Shown here: in pieces, positions 9,465 through 19,405 of the stretch | Position numbering within the stretch: the first letter of the stretch is position 1 | Layout of the letters: each line of letters starts with the position of its first letter | DNA from: Patescibacteria group bacterium | GTDB lineage: Bacteria; Patescibacteriota; Patescibacteriia; UBA10025; JAHIVO01 | Direction: 5' to 3' | DNA: 64,000 bases | Assembly: GCA_049325535.1 (NCBI GenBank) | Contig: JBMOKY010000001.1 | Coordinates: forward strand, 29,002-93,001 | Notes under the pieces: model-generated | Databases searched by the model: none | What the model was told of the DNA's origin: nothing | Seen by the model: the letters and a program-made list of their open reading frames with translations, nothing else | Position numbers and translations under genes: made by a program

Positions 9465-10982
9465 ATGGATATGGTGCATGATCAGCGCAATGGCACACAA
9501 GAGTACGTGCCCGATCTCCATGGATGGGTTCGACAGGTTATGGACCGTGATTCTGACAAGCGCGCCCGCAAGATAGCTAATTACGTCTGCAATACGCCGT
9601 TGGCCGGCCGCGAAGCAGCAATGCAGCGGGTCGTGGCCGCGCTGGCTGCCCATCGGAGCGCTTACTTGCACAAAGGATGGAGCGGCGGTGTGGCCCTCAT
9701 CACTCGGTACCTGGCGGACTGTTCGCTCCGATTGGGCGATTACACATTTCTGAATGTAGTGTATGCTCCCCAGATTGATGTGCGGATGACCGCCCAGCAG
9801 CATACCAGGCTCGAATTGATGATCAGCTACTTTCAGTACGTCGCTTCGTCTGAAGAAAAGACGCGGCACTTTTGCCGGGTCATGTTTACCGATTTGGCGG
9901 AGCAGCTGGCTCCCGCGCTGAAGCAGGGCCATGCTGGGTTACGCTCTTTTCTGGACAAGCAGACGCCGCTGATGATAGCGATCATTTGGGAATCGGTGTA
10001 TTGTCCGGCAAGTGAATCAGGGCCGGTCAAGGGCTGGTTTACCAATTTGCTTCGCATGTTTGCTCAAACAGAAGACGAGGAGGCATTTGGGTGGCTGGAG
10101 ACGATCTGGTGGCTACTCACCTACCGCAGCGCCGAGGTACGCGTGTATGATCAGGGGAGATTTGAATTGTTCCTGGAGCATGCCAATCTCAGCCTCACTG
10201 AGTATATCATGGGCAGTTTTGATCCCGAATCACCTACGGTCATCATACCACGGGGTATGAGTGGGGCGTTTGAGAAATTCATTTCTGCACTTGATCGGCA
10301 TTGTGGTGAGCTGAGACAGGCCGCGGTCGAATGGTGTCGCTGGTTTATGTGGTATGAGCCGCAGCTGCGCATCGACCTCAGGGACATGCAGCAGGCGGTG
10401 ACGGAGCGGCCCAGCCGGCTGATTCGTCCGGACGGTCTGGACTGCATCGATGTGGGGCGGCTGACGGTGCTGCGCGACCTGGGTATCCAGCAGATTCGTT
10501 TCTATCCGAATGGCAGTCCGTGGCCCGCCATGGAAATTGGTTTTACCCTCCGGGTATTTGGTCGGCTGAATACAGAAATTCGTGGCCAGTTGTCCGTGAA
10601 TGGGCTCCAGGTATCCCCGGTTCTGTATGAGGGGTGCCTGCCTGAGGATCGGGGTCGCCGGGCAATCGTGCTCGAATATCTGGTATGGGAATGCCTGTAT
10701 CGCCTGGTGGTGAACCGTGAATCTCACGTGCATCATGCCGGGTGCCCGGGCAATGGACAAATGCGGCGCTGGACCGGATATGCTCCACATTGGGTGGCGC
10801 TGCCCGACGGTAAGAAGCCGAGTATCGGAGCCATCGAGCGTTGCTTGAAACTGTATCAGTTCAGGCCGCCCGACGGCCACACATTCAACAAAGGTTGTGA
10901 GGCATCTAGCCCTGACCACATGGTCGTCGTGCCGCCCCGGCTGGTACTGACCGATGATCTGCTCACCCATAGTACCTATTGA
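9465..10982 (+). CDS. Hypothetical protein (~505 aa), Trp/Cys/Arg-rich, no recognisable domain
   Basis: Long uninterrupted ORF preceded by an AGGAGG Shine-Dalgarno sequence at 9457-9462. The composition (GC-rich, W/R/C-rich) differs from the neighbouring genes. Confidence 0.5.
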   Translation: MDMVHDQRNGTQEYVPDLHGWVRQVMDRDSDKRARKIANYVCNTPLAGREAAMQRVVAALAAHRSAYLHKGWSGGVALITRYLADCSLRLGDYTFLNVVYAPQIDVRMTAQQHTRLELMISYFQYVASSEEKTRHFCRVMFTDLAEQLAPALKQGHAGLRSFLDKQTPLMIAIIWESVYCPASESGPVKGWFTNLLRMFAQTEDEEAFGWLETIWWLLTYRSAEVRVYDQGRFELFLEHANLSLTEYIMGSFDPESPTVIIPRGMSGAFEKFISALDRHCGELRQAAVEWCRWFMWYEPQLRIDLRDMQQAVTERPSRLIRPDGLDCIDVGRLTVLRDLGIQQIRFYPNGSPWPAMEIGFTLRVFGRLNTEIRGQLSVNGLQVSPVLYEGCLPEDRGRRAIVLEYLVWECLYRLVVNRESHVHHAGCPGNGQMRRWTGYAPHWVALPDGKKPSIGAIERCLKLYQFRPPDGHTFNKGCEASSPDHMVVVPPRLVLTDDLLTHSTY

Positions 10983-11078
10983 TAGGAGGATTGTACAATG
11001 CCACCGCGCTCTGATTTTGAGCCCGGTGGTTTTTTTATGGATGGATGGTAGGGGTCGTGGCCAGGATGATGGCGTTTT

Positions 11079-11750
11079 TTAACCAGCATGCGTGATTACG
11101 CCGTCCCGTATCTCAATAGTTTGAGTGGCGTATTTTTTGATGTAATCAGAATGAGAAATGACAACCACTGTTTTGTGATGGCGCGTATTCAGGTCGGCGA
11201 GCAGCTGGATGATGCCTTCGCCCGTTTTACTATCCAGATTTCCCGTCGGTTCATCGGCCAGGATGATATTTGGTTCGTTGATTAGGGCGCGGGCGATGGC
11301 GACCCGTTGCTGTTCACCCCCGGAGAGGAGGCTGGGGAGGTGGCGTGCCCGCTGTTCCAAACCAACTTGTTTGAGCGCAGCCCGTACTCGATCCCGGTCG
11401 CGATTTGAGCGTCGAGCGATGCCCGCCTCCACGTTTTGCTCTGCGGTCAGCGTGGGTATCAGATTGAAACTCTGGAATATGAATCCCATCAGGTCGCGGC
11501 GCATTTCTGTCAATTTCCGGTCGCTGATGGTGGTGATATCAACCCCCTGTATTTCGATGATACCATCGGTCGGGCGATCCAAACCGCCGATGAGCTGCAG
11601 CAGCGTACTTTTACCGGATCCGGACGGGCCGATGATGGCGAGGAAATCGCCTTGTGCCATTTCCAGATTGACTCCGTTGGTAGCATTGATTGCTTTGTCC
11701 CCCTGCTGGTAGCGTTTGATGGCGTTTGTGATTTTGATGATAGTGGCCAT
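11079..11750 (-). CDS. ABC transporter ATP-binding protein (MacB/LolD/FtsE-like)
   Basis: Walker [13 protein letters not shown] signature [15 protein letters not shown], Walker [12 protein letters not shown]. Confidence 0.9.
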   Translation of the reverse strand: MATIIKITNAIKRYQQGDKAINATNGVNLEMAQGDFLAIIGPSGSGKSTLLQLIGGLDRPTDGIIEIQGVDITTISDRKLTEMRRDLMGFIFQSFNLIPTLTAEQNVEAGIARRSNRDRDRVRAALKQVGLEQRARHLPSLLSGGEQQRVAIARALINEPNIILADEPTGNLDSKTGEGIIQLLADLNTRHHKTVVVISHSDYIKKYATQTIEIRDGVITHAG

Positions 11751-11770
11751 GAGCGTATGCTAATTTTTTA

Positions 11771-13432
11771 TTACTCTAAGTTACGGAATGCTTCCTGCGG
11801 TTTCATCTTTGACGCTTTGACGGCAGCTAGGGCGCCGGCAATGATGGATCCGATCAGCGCCACCCCCGCGCCTAGCAGCAGGATGAGATATGTATAGGCG
11901 ACGTGAAGCGTGACCGTGGTCGTGGTGTCAGCGGTGGAGCCTTCACTCGTTGGCCCGCCAAAGAAACGTTGCGCCATACCAACCATGCCCTGGGGCTCGT
12001 TTCCGGTGATGGTAGCAGCGAGCGATATGTCATAGGTGTTGAGTAGGGCAATCATCCCCAAGCCGAGGCCGATACCGAGTGCGCCACCCGCCATTCCCAA
12101 AATTACATTTTCCCCGATAATTTGCCGAATAATTCGGGTGTTACTCCAGCCGATCGCTTTGAGTGTACCAATTTCGCGAACCCGCTTGTTGACCGACAGT
12201 ATCGTGAGCAGGCTGACAATGACGAACGCAGCTCCGATGATGATGAAACTGGTCACCCCAATGAATTTATTGGTCAGATTGGCTGCGTTGACCAAACTGC
12301 CCGTCACGAGGTGAGCTGTGTCAGTCGCATCGGTGACGGCCGCTCCTACAAAGAGATTCTCCAATTGTCGGCTGGCAGTTTCGACTGATTGGGCATCGGC
12401 TACTTTGATTAAGAGAATATTGATAGTTTCCGTACGGTCGGCAAGCGTCTGAAGATCTGCCAGTGGCAGATAGAGGTCAGCGGTGGTGGTGTATAATTCC
12501 GGTTCGACGATACCCGTCAGTGTCAGCGTTTTACCTCCCAGTTCGATCGTCCCCCCGACTGCCAAGCTCTGTTTGTCTGCGTATGAGGCATTGGCAATGA
12601 CCTGATCGGCTCCTGTAAACCAGGTGCCGCTCGTTATCTGATCGGGAAGGATGAGGCCGATGTCTGTTTTTGACGTGTCAACACCGGCGACCGTCAGATT
12701 ATTTGAGCTGATATTTGTTTCGATCGGGCCTACCCGCTGTGAGTAGATTCGTTCAGGAGCGGTAAATTTAAAGGTTTGTGATTTGAATCGCTCGGGCATA
12801 GCCGCATCGGTAGCCGACCGTACGTGCTCCATACCTTCGGGTGACCGTGGATCTATCCCCCGTGCCTGCAATTCAGCTTCTGCCTCCTTTCGGGCAGCAT
12901 CGACTGCCGCCCGCTCTGCGTCGGTCATGGCCGAAATTTCCTGATTGACTTCAAATGTTTCGCCCCCGGTTTGAAATTCAGCTACCACGTCGGGTATGGT
13001 CCCCTCCTGGTGCATAACATTCATGACCAGTCCCGCAGCGGCATTGGCGACCAGTGACCGATCGAGGGTGTCGGTGATCGACTGTTCAAAGGTCATCATC
13101 GATCCGGGCAAAAAGGTGTCGCTGGAAAATGTGGATCCGGGGTCGCCTAATGCGGCGAGATTCAAGCCGATGCGGTTGTCCTGCATCAATTCCTCCCGGG
13201 TGGCGTCGTCGAGCGCGGCCATACTTTCGGCGTCAACCGATCGGGTAATCAGTATATCAGTCCCCACGTTTTGTAATGGGTTGAGGACGGTGTCCTGGGC
13301 GGCAGACAGGCTTTGTGAAACGGAAATGATGACGATGATGATCGTGCTGGCAATAGCCAGTCCAAACGATATCGTTATTGTTTTTCCCCACCGTCTGGTC
13401 AGTTCCGCCCAGAGGTAGCGTAGATAAAACAT
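11771..13432 (-). CDS. ABC transporter permease, FtsX/MacB-like, with a large extracytoplasmic domain
   Basis: N-terminal TM helix, long periplasmic region, and a C-terminal FtsX-type 3-TM module. Immediately upstream of the ABC ATPase. Confidence 0.8.
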   Translation of the reverse strand: MFYLRYLWAELTRRWGKTITISFGLAIASTIIIVIISVSQSLSAAQDTVLNPLQNVGTDILITRSVDAESMAALDDATREELMQDNRIGLNLAALGDPGSTFSSDTFLPGSMMTFEQSITDTLDRSLVANAAAGLVMNVMHQEGTIPDVVAEFQTGGETFEVNQEISAMTDAERAAVDAARKEAEAELQARGIDPRSPEGMEHVRSATDAAMPERFKSQTFKFTAPERIYSQRVGPIETNISSNNLTVAGVDTSKTDIGLILPDQITSGTWFTGADQVIANASYADKQSLAVGGTIELGGKTLTLTGIVEPELYTTTADLYLPLADLQTLADRTETINILLIKVADAQSVETASRQLENLFVGAAVTDATDTAHLVTGSLVNAANLTNKFIGVTSFIIIGAAFVIVSLLTILSVNKRVREIGTLKAIGWSNTRIIRQIIGENVILGMAGGALGIGLGLGMIALLNTYDISLAATITGNEPQGMVGMAQRFFGGPTSEGSTADTTTTVTLHVAYTYLILLLGAGVALIGSIIAGALAAVKASKMKPQEAFRNLE

Positions 13433-13579
13433 ATAAAATATTTTTTTAGAAATCAAAATAAAATATGCGGTCGCCCGATACGGTCGTCGTATTGTGGCTT
13501 GCCGTATGCCTATATGTACGCACACTCTGACTATTTCATTTCAAAACAAAAACACCCTGCTATTTTGGCAAGGTGTTTT

Positions 13580-13655
13580 TGGTGCGCGCAGAGGGATTCG
13601 AACCCCCGACCGTTTGCTTAAGAGGCAACTGCTCTACCGACTGAGCTATGCGCGC
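13580..13655 (-). tRNA. tRNA-Lys (anticodon CTT), probable
   Basis: Reverse complement GCGCGCATAGCTCAGTCGGTAGAGCAGTTGCCTCTTAAGCAAACGGTCGGGGGTTCGAATCCCTCTGCGCGCACCA. The anticodon stem has one mismatch. Confidence 0.6.
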
Positions 13656-13905
13656 GCGTCGAAATGGTAACCCCGGTTCCGTTTCCTGCTGTGTAGGCAG
13701 GCACCTCCACCTTCGCACACATTTCCCCTTTTCCTCGTCCACCTATGGGTGGACTCGGTATTTTTTTTAATGACACCGATCGTGTCTCACCGGACTCGGG
13801 ATTGTGATCATAAGAAACGGTGAGATTGCATTAGTATAGTGCAGTAAACCGGTAAAATCAAGAATATCGCTAGAAATCGCCCAGCTTTTGGAGTATGATT
13901 GTGGC

Positions 13906-14547
13906 ATGCGTACTCGTGCTGTTCGATTTTTATTACTGATTATCGGCGCTGCCGTGCTCTTCTTTATTTTTTATCCGCTGTTTCATGATACCCGTTTTGG
14001 CGTCAGCATGATCAGCAATCTGCTGATAGCCTATGGCAGTGTGTGGTGCTTTTATTCACTCAAAGATGACCGCTCAATTCGTCAGTTGCTGGGCATCCGC
14101 ACCCTCGACCTGACCATCCTGGGCATCATTACTATGCTGACGACTGCCGGAGTACTGGGGGTGTTATTTGGTTTGGCGGGTACGATTAACCGGTACCTGG
14201 ATATCTCATCGTGGACTGGCGCGGCGCATCAGCCGTTGTTCCTTTTCACCATGCTTTTTTATGTACTCCTCAGTATTCCGCTCCAGGAATATATTTTCCG
14301 TGGGTATGTCTGGGCGCTGATACGGCACTCAGTATCGCATCCATGGGTAGCCATTGGTATCTCGTCATTTTTATATTCGATTTCCCACTTACAATACGGT
14401 TGGTTGATGATGGCTGTTACATTTAGCTTTGGTTTATTTCTGGGATACATCATGGAGCGGTATCGGCGCATTGCATTGCCGATCATTATTCATTTATTGG
14501 GGGGAGTGGCGTTTTTCTCTGCGAATCTGATCATTCATTTTTTGTAG
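13906..14547 (+). CDS. CPBP-family intramembrane metalloprotease (CAAX protease/Abi-like)
   Basis: Multi-TM protein with the EExxxR-like QEYIFRGY motif and a conserved C-terminal HxxxN/H segment (IIIHLLGGVAFF). Confidence 0.65.
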   Translation: MRTRAVRFLLLIIGAAVLFFIFYPLFHDTRFGVSMISNLLIAYGSVWCFYSLKDDRSIRQLLGIRTLDLTILGIITMLTTAGVLGVLFGLAGTINRYLDISSWTGAAHQPLFLFTMLFYVLLSIPLQEYIFRGYVWALIRHSVSHPWVAIGISSFLYSISHLQYGWLMMAVTFSFGLFLGYIMERYRRIALPIIIHLLGGVAFFSANLIIHFL

Positions 14548-14587
14548 CACAAAAAATTGATGCGCCGGCGTGGAGCCATCACGGGCA

Positions 14588-14881
14588 TTATTTTTTTATG
14601 GTTGGTTGTCGGGTGAGCAGCGCGCTTATCAACCAGAGTATGCCAAAGGTAATACCAGTACCGATCACTCCCGCCAGACCAATGGCGACATATTCATGGG
14701 CAATCCCCGGTACCGCATAATCCGGTATGACGCCGGAGAAATAGGTAATACTTCTGTCCAGGAAGCCCTGGTTTTCGGCAACGCGCTCCAATCCATCGGG
14801 AGATGGCGATGCGGCCAGTGATATGATACCCCCGACGAAGAAAGCGATGGCCAGAAGTTGGAGCCAGGTATTACGTTTCAT
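14588..14881 (-). CDS. PDGLE-domain membrane protein (CbiN-like small component of a cobalt/nickel ECF-type transporter)
   Basis: Contains the SPSPDGLE motif and two TM helices. Immediately downstream of cbiM. Confidence 0.6.
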   Translation of the reverse strand: MKRNTWLQLLAIAFFVGGIISLAASPSPDGLERVAENQGFLDRSITYFSGVIPDYAVPGIAHEYVAIGLAGVIGTGITFGILWLISALLTRQPTIKK

Positions 14882-15614
14882 GCTGATTGTCGGTGAAAAT
14901 AAATAATGGCTCATTGCGTTTTTGCAGGAAGGCAATGAAGGCGACCGTAATAATCGCTTCGCCAATGCCGATCAAGGCATGAATACTGAGCATGGCCGGC
15001 AGTACCTGGCTCATCGATATGGTGCCGGCCAGGCCGAATTCGAGCGAAGCAGCCGTTGCTGCCAACATGACTGATAGCCAGGCAGTGATTGCCATAGCCA
15101 GCCAGGTGTATTTTTTGTGTCGGCGGTACAGGCGGAAGATATATTGAAATACATGCCAGCCACCCACGGTGCCGATAAGCCCCATGTTGATGATATTGGC
15201 ACCAAGGGCGACTAGGCCGCCATCACCAAAGACAAACGCCTGGATAGCCACGATCACGGTGATGACGATGAATCCAGCCCATGGCCCGAGAATGAGCGCA
15301 GCGAGTACGCCGCCCAAGAGGTGGCCGGACGTACCGCCGGCAATCGGGAAATTCATCATCTGTGCGGCGAAAATGAGTGCACCGACGGTGGCCATGCGCA
15401 GCATGAGTTGTCTGCCAGCGGCGCTGAACTGTGTTTGGCTGCTCATGTCCATCGATCCGACGTCAGGCGCGGTTGCCAGCCGTTTTTTTTGGACCATGAC
15501 GCGTTTGGTTACCGCGCTGCGGAGTTTGTGAGCGGCGACGGCGGCGAAAGCACCGGCGGTGCCGAGAAGCGGGCCAGCCACATTATTATTGAGAAATCCA
15601 TCGGGGATATGCAT
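14871..15614 (-). CDS. cbiM: Cobalt/nickel transport protein CbiM (ECF transporter substrate-capture subunit)
   Basis: N-terminus MHIPDGFL is the hallmark CbiM start. 247-aa polytopic membrane protein. Confidence 0.8.
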   Translation of the reverse strand: MHIPDGFLNNNVAGPLLGTAGAFAAVAAHKLRSAVTKRVMVQKKRLATAPDVGSMDMSSQTQFSAAGRQLMLRMATVGALIFAAQMMNFPIAGGTSGHLLGGVLAALILGPWAGFIVITVIVAIQAFVFGDGGLVALGANIINMGLIGTVGGWHVFQYIFRLYRRHKKYTWLAMAITAWLSVMLAATAASLEFGLAGTISMSQVLPAMLSIHALIGIGEAIITVAFIAFLQKRNEPLFIFTDNQHET

Positions 15615-15617
15615 TGT

Positions 15618-16298
15618 CTATGTTCGTTTGATAATTAATTCTTCTCGTGGCTGAGCGCGCTTGAGATTGGTGATGATGCGCCGTGCCACATACGCCGGAT
15701 CCATGTATCGGTCATACTCTGCCGGTTTCTGTTCATCAAAGAAATGTGTTCGCATGCCACCCGGGTAGACGCCGATGACGCTGATGTTTTGAGCGGCCGT
15801 TTCGAGCCTGAGTGATTTGGTGAACCCGGTGGCCGCGTATTTACTGGCGCAATATGCCGCTGAATTGGCGCGACCGGTGAGAGCACTGGTTGATAAAATA
15901 TTGATAATGACACCTCGTTTCCGTCGTTGCATATAAGGCAGCACTGCCTGTGTACCATAGATCACCCCGAATAGATTTACGTCCATCATGTGGCGCATCC
16001 GTCGAGTATTAATTTTTTCCACCGGACCATGGGGGATGCGTGTGCCGGCATTATTAATCCAAATATCAATATGACCAAAGCGTTTGACGGTCGTTTCTGC
16101 CAAGCGGTTCATGTCGCCCGCTTGAGTCACGTCGGCACGCACCCACCATTCACGAGTTGCGCCCAGGGGGTTTCGACGTGACCGATGTCGTGCGGCGCGA
16201 ACCACGCGAGCGCCTTCATAGAGCGCGGCTTCGGCCAGCGCCCGGCCGAGACCTTTGCTGGCGCCGGTGATGACGATGACTTTTTTATTGAGTTGCAT
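15618..16298 (-). CDS. SDR-family oxidoreductase
   Basis: TGASKGLGRALA cofactor-binding motif and YxxxK catalytic motif (YCASKYA). Confidence 0.85.
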   Translation of the reverse strand: MQLNKKVIVITGASKGLGRALAEAALYEGARVVRAARHRSRRNPLGATREWWVRADVTQAGDMNRLAETTVKRFGHIDIWINNAGTRIPHGPVEKINTRRMRHMMDVNLFGVIYGTQAVLPYMQRRKRGVIINILSTSALTGRANSAAYCASKYAATGFTKSLRLETAAQNISVIGVYPGGMRTHFFDEQKPAEYDRYMDPAYVARRIITNLKRAQPREELIIKRT

Positions 16299-16313
16299 AT
16301 ATCGTGTATATCA

Positions 16314-18140
16314 TTATTCGCAGGGCAGTTGGTTCTGCAGGAGCGGATCCTGGAATACCGTTCCATAGTTGTGTGCGTAATAGAGGGTAGCTCCTGGATC
16401 AGTCAGTCGGCTGGGGATACAAAAGTCTTTTGTTCCGATATCAGTCGTCAGATTAATGATGAGTTGTGGCACGGAGATAGGATTTTCAGTTAAGTTTTGA
16501 ATCCCAATCAGCAGTGGAGCGGCGCCCTGAAGCATTGGTGATTCGGCCAACAGCGTTCCGGGGGTATACCCGCCAGGCGTCAACAACCCGAGCGTTTGTG
16601 TCTGATAGACATCACCTCGTCCAAACGCGATTGCAGTTCCGTCCGGCAAGTTCGCAGCAGTGGCAGTTATGATGAGGTTTGGACGAAAGCCGTGCTCCAA
16701 GAGCAGGGCGCAGTCCACGGGCGTTGTGGAATTTTGCAGTAATGGATCGGTATATGTATTTCCGTTTGATGCTACGTACAGCAGTTTGGTTTCGGATGGA
16801 CTGAGATCGACACTTTCAGCACAAGTGGTAATAGTCCCCTGATCACTCATGATCGTAAACACTTGTTTAGGAATAGTAATAGTCGTTTCTGAGTATTTAT
16901 TTTGGTATGCGATGGTAAGCGGTGCGCTGCCGGTCTGTCCCTGCAAGGCATTATCATCCTGAAAACCTCTTTCGAAATCGCCGGATTCGGTCTCGTGTTC
17001 GTGGAAATTTCCCATCTGGTATGTGGAATCTCCGATTATCGCTCGGTGAAAGATGATCGTGCCTGTATCGATCAACGCTGATAGACCTATATTAGACAAA
17101 TCATCTGGGTGAAAAGAACGCTCCTGAATCTGTGAACATGAAAAATTCAAGTAGGGATCAGATAAGAGAGCATCACGGTATGCATTGCCCTGTACATCGA
17201 TATACGTAATTTCAGAATCAAACGCGCCGGGTAACATCACGGAGGGCATACATACATTTTTGACGTTGCCTTCGCTATCCCATAGTGTCAGGAAGTCTGG
17301 CGGGGTTGCCAAATCATCGCCATCTCGTTTCGGATGTGGAGCAATAGCTAGTGGGGCCTGGCCATATGCGCGGAGATAGCAATCAGCACACAACCCCTCA
17401 CGATCGAAACCAAGCGGGTATAGATAACCAAACTCCCAGATATTATCCCAAAAACTACCTCGTACGATCGCGTGGTAATCAAAATTTTCCGGGTAAAATG
17501 TGCTTGTTCCGGCGTTGTATACGTTCACTACCATGCCTCGTGCAAGTTTTGCAGGACATGGTTCGTCCAGCGCCGATTGTGTGAGTGCGGAGTCAATATA
17601 TGGGGTACCGTATGTATCAAAAAATCTCGATTCCCCATTTACAAGTCCGTCAACGCATAATGTGACAATTTGGTTACCCGCGCTCCTGATAGTAATATGC
17701 TGGCTGCGGGGGAAGTCGCCATCTACCGCTGTTAGTGAAAGCGTCTGTCCAGTTGATGTTGTTTCGCCATCATGCGCGGTGAGAATGCACTTAGCCGGAT
17801 TTGTCAGCTGGGTGGACAAAAAAGATCCGAGATTCGCCTGACCGTTATGGAATACAAGCGCCGCCCCATCATCACACGCGGGGATGGTGGGTTCCCCGGA
17901 AAGCTGATCAAACATATCGGTCGAGAATTCCTGGATATCATTGATGACAAGCGGAGTTTGGGTGCTCTGCGTGTCACATTTTTTTGTTATTCCTAAAGTT
18001 TTTGATAAGAAATGTATTTGACTTGCGCAGTCATTAGGAAAAAGTGATGGGAGAAAACCAAAGATAAAAAGTCCAATGCTTAATAGTCCGATGACGGTTA
18101 CCGTAATGCCCCGTGTTTTCGTTTGGGTAGCCTGCTGCAT
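16314..18140 (-). CDS. Hypothetical secreted/membrane-anchored protein (608 aa), Cys-rich
   Basis: N-terminal TM/signal anchor (ITVTVIGLLSIGLFIFGFL) followed by a long Cys-, Thr- and Gly-rich extracytoplasmic region. No recognised domain. Confidence 0.55.
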   Translation of the reverse strand: MQQATQTKTRGITVTVIGLLSIGLFIFGFLPSLFPNDCASQIHFLSKTLGITKKCDTQSTQTPLVINDIQEFSTDMFDQLSGEPTIPACDDGAALVFHNGQANLGSFLSTQLTNPAKCILTAHDGETTSTGQTLSLTAVDGDFPRSQHITIRSAGNQIVTLCVDGLVNGESRFFDTYGTPYIDSALTQSALDEPCPAKLARGMVVNVYNAGTSTFYPENFDYHAIVRGSFWDNIWEFGYLYPLGFDREGLCADCYLRAYGQAPLAIAPHPKRDGDDLATPPDFLTLWDSEGNVKNVCMPSVMLPGAFDSEITYIDVQGNAYRDALLSDPYLNFSCSQIQERSFHPDDLSNIGLSALIDTGTIIFHRAIIGDSTYQMGNFHEHETESGDFERGFQDDNALQGQTGSAPLTIAYQNKYSETTITIPKQVFTIMSDQGTITTCAESVDLSPSETKLLYVASNGNTYTDPLLQNSTTPVDCALLLEHGFRPNLIITATAANLPDGTAIAFGRGDVYQTQTLGLLTPGGYTPGTLLAESPMLQGAAPLLIGIQNLTENPISVPQLIINLTTDIGTKDFCIPSRLTDPGATLYYAHNYGTVFQDPLLQNQLPCE

Positions 18141-18173
18141 ACATAGGTTATTATTTGTTATGCTTGCATAATG

Positions 18174-18250
18174 TGGTACCCCCGCTAGGAATTGAACCTA
18201 GATCCTCGGCTTAGAAGGCCGATGCTCTATCCGTTGAGCTACAGGGGCGC
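18174..18250 (-). tRNA. tRNA-Arg (anticodon TCT)
   Basis: Reverse complement GCGCCCCTGTAGCTCAACGGATAGAGCATCGGCCTTCTAAGCCGAGGATCTAGGTTCAATTCCTAGCGGGGGTACCA. Confidence 0.7.
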
Positions 18251-18416
18251 GCCTATATGAGGAGACAACCTCAGGTTTTCTCCTCATTACTTCTCTTTCC
18301 TGTGGTGTCGCTCAGCTCGGGACCGTATAACCCCAGCTTCGCGACGCTTCCTGTTCCTCCTCTACTCAGCTCGCTCACGCGAGCCTAGTTATTTGTAGTG
18401 AAATAAGCGGTTCTCG

Positions 18417-19274
18417 TCAATCTCGAGTGTAGCGGCGGGTGGTGGCAATGGTGGCATGCCCGAGCCGGGATTGGATGGTCTGTATGTCTTCGCCATCGAC
18501 CGCCAGTTTATGAGCATAGAGTTGACGCACGCGTTCGGGGGTAAGGTCAGGAGATAGATTGGCGGTCCGGGCGTATTTTTTTATAATACGCTCAATACTG
18601 CGCGGTGTTAATGGGGATGAGTTCTGGCGCCCGGCCTTATCATGCCGGACAAAGAGGGCCGGTGCGGCATCGGTGCGCTGATTGAGATATTGCCTGATGG
18701 CGAAGTGCGTTTGATGGGTCAGCTGGATGGTCCGAGTCGACCGACGCAATCCCCGGACAGCAATTGCTCGCCCGGTCGCCGGAATATCTACTCGTTTCAA
18801 TTCGACCAACTCGGACACTTTCATGCCCGTGGTAGCGAGCAGCTGCAGCAGTGCTGTATCCCGCAGTCGGATGATGGTGGGTGCGGCGGCGTTGGTCGCT
18901 GCGGCGAGCACACGGTTGATGATGCTCGGATGCAGCGTCCGAGATGGCAGGTGGTATGGCTCGAGGGCGACGTCATCCAGCGAGGCCGGTAACAATCCAA
19001 GTCGCGCCAGATAGGCAATGAACGCCCGGACCGCTATGAGGTGGTAGTTGATGCTGCTCGACATCATGGTGCTGCCACGGTTGGTATGGGTGCGCCTGAG
19101 CATGGCACGAAAAGTATCAATCGCCCGTTCGGTTATATCAGACGGCAGGTGGGCTCCGGTGGTCGACTGAAATCGGCTCAGGTAGAGCCGGTAATTTCGG
19201 ATGGTGCGGGGGGTGGAGCGGCTTACCATATCCTGTAAGAAAGATTCAATATAGTGCGTCAGATCGGTGGGCAT
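18417..19274 (-). CDS. xerC: Tyrosine recombinase XerC/XerD family
   Basis: 285 aa. C-terminal catalytic region with R...HxxR...Y (LGHATIATTRRYTRD). Confidence 0.8.
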   Translation of the reverse strand: MPTDLTHYIESFLQDMVSRSTPRTIRNYRLYLSRFQSTTGAHLPSDITERAIDTFRAMLRRTHTNRGSTMMSSSINYHLIAVRAFIAYLARLGLLPASLDDVALEPYHLPSRTLHPSIINRVLAAATNAAAPTIIRLRDTALLQLLATTGMKVSELVELKRVDIPATGRAIAVRGLRRSTRTIQLTHQTHFAIRQYLNQRTDAAPALFVRHDKAGRQNSSPLTPRSIERIIKKYARTANLSPDLTPERVRQLYAHKLAVDGEDIQTIQSRLGHATIATTRRYTRD

Positions 19275-19405
19275 AGCTATTTCATTTTACGACGCCATCC
19301 CCATCCAGTCAAAATATGGCCTGGGCGACCGAGATTGACATCGTGGCAGGTCAGTCGTATAGTCAGTATTCAGAAAATGTAAATATAGAACATCGACAAT
19401 AAACA

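Noticed and set aside
10230-10970. 246-aa minus-strand ORF, fully antisense to the 505-aa hypothetical gene
   Set aside because: Lies entirely within the longer plus-strand ORF, which has a strong Shine-Dalgarno sequence. Most likely a shadow ORF from GC-rich sequence. Not fully excluded (see the finding on this locus).
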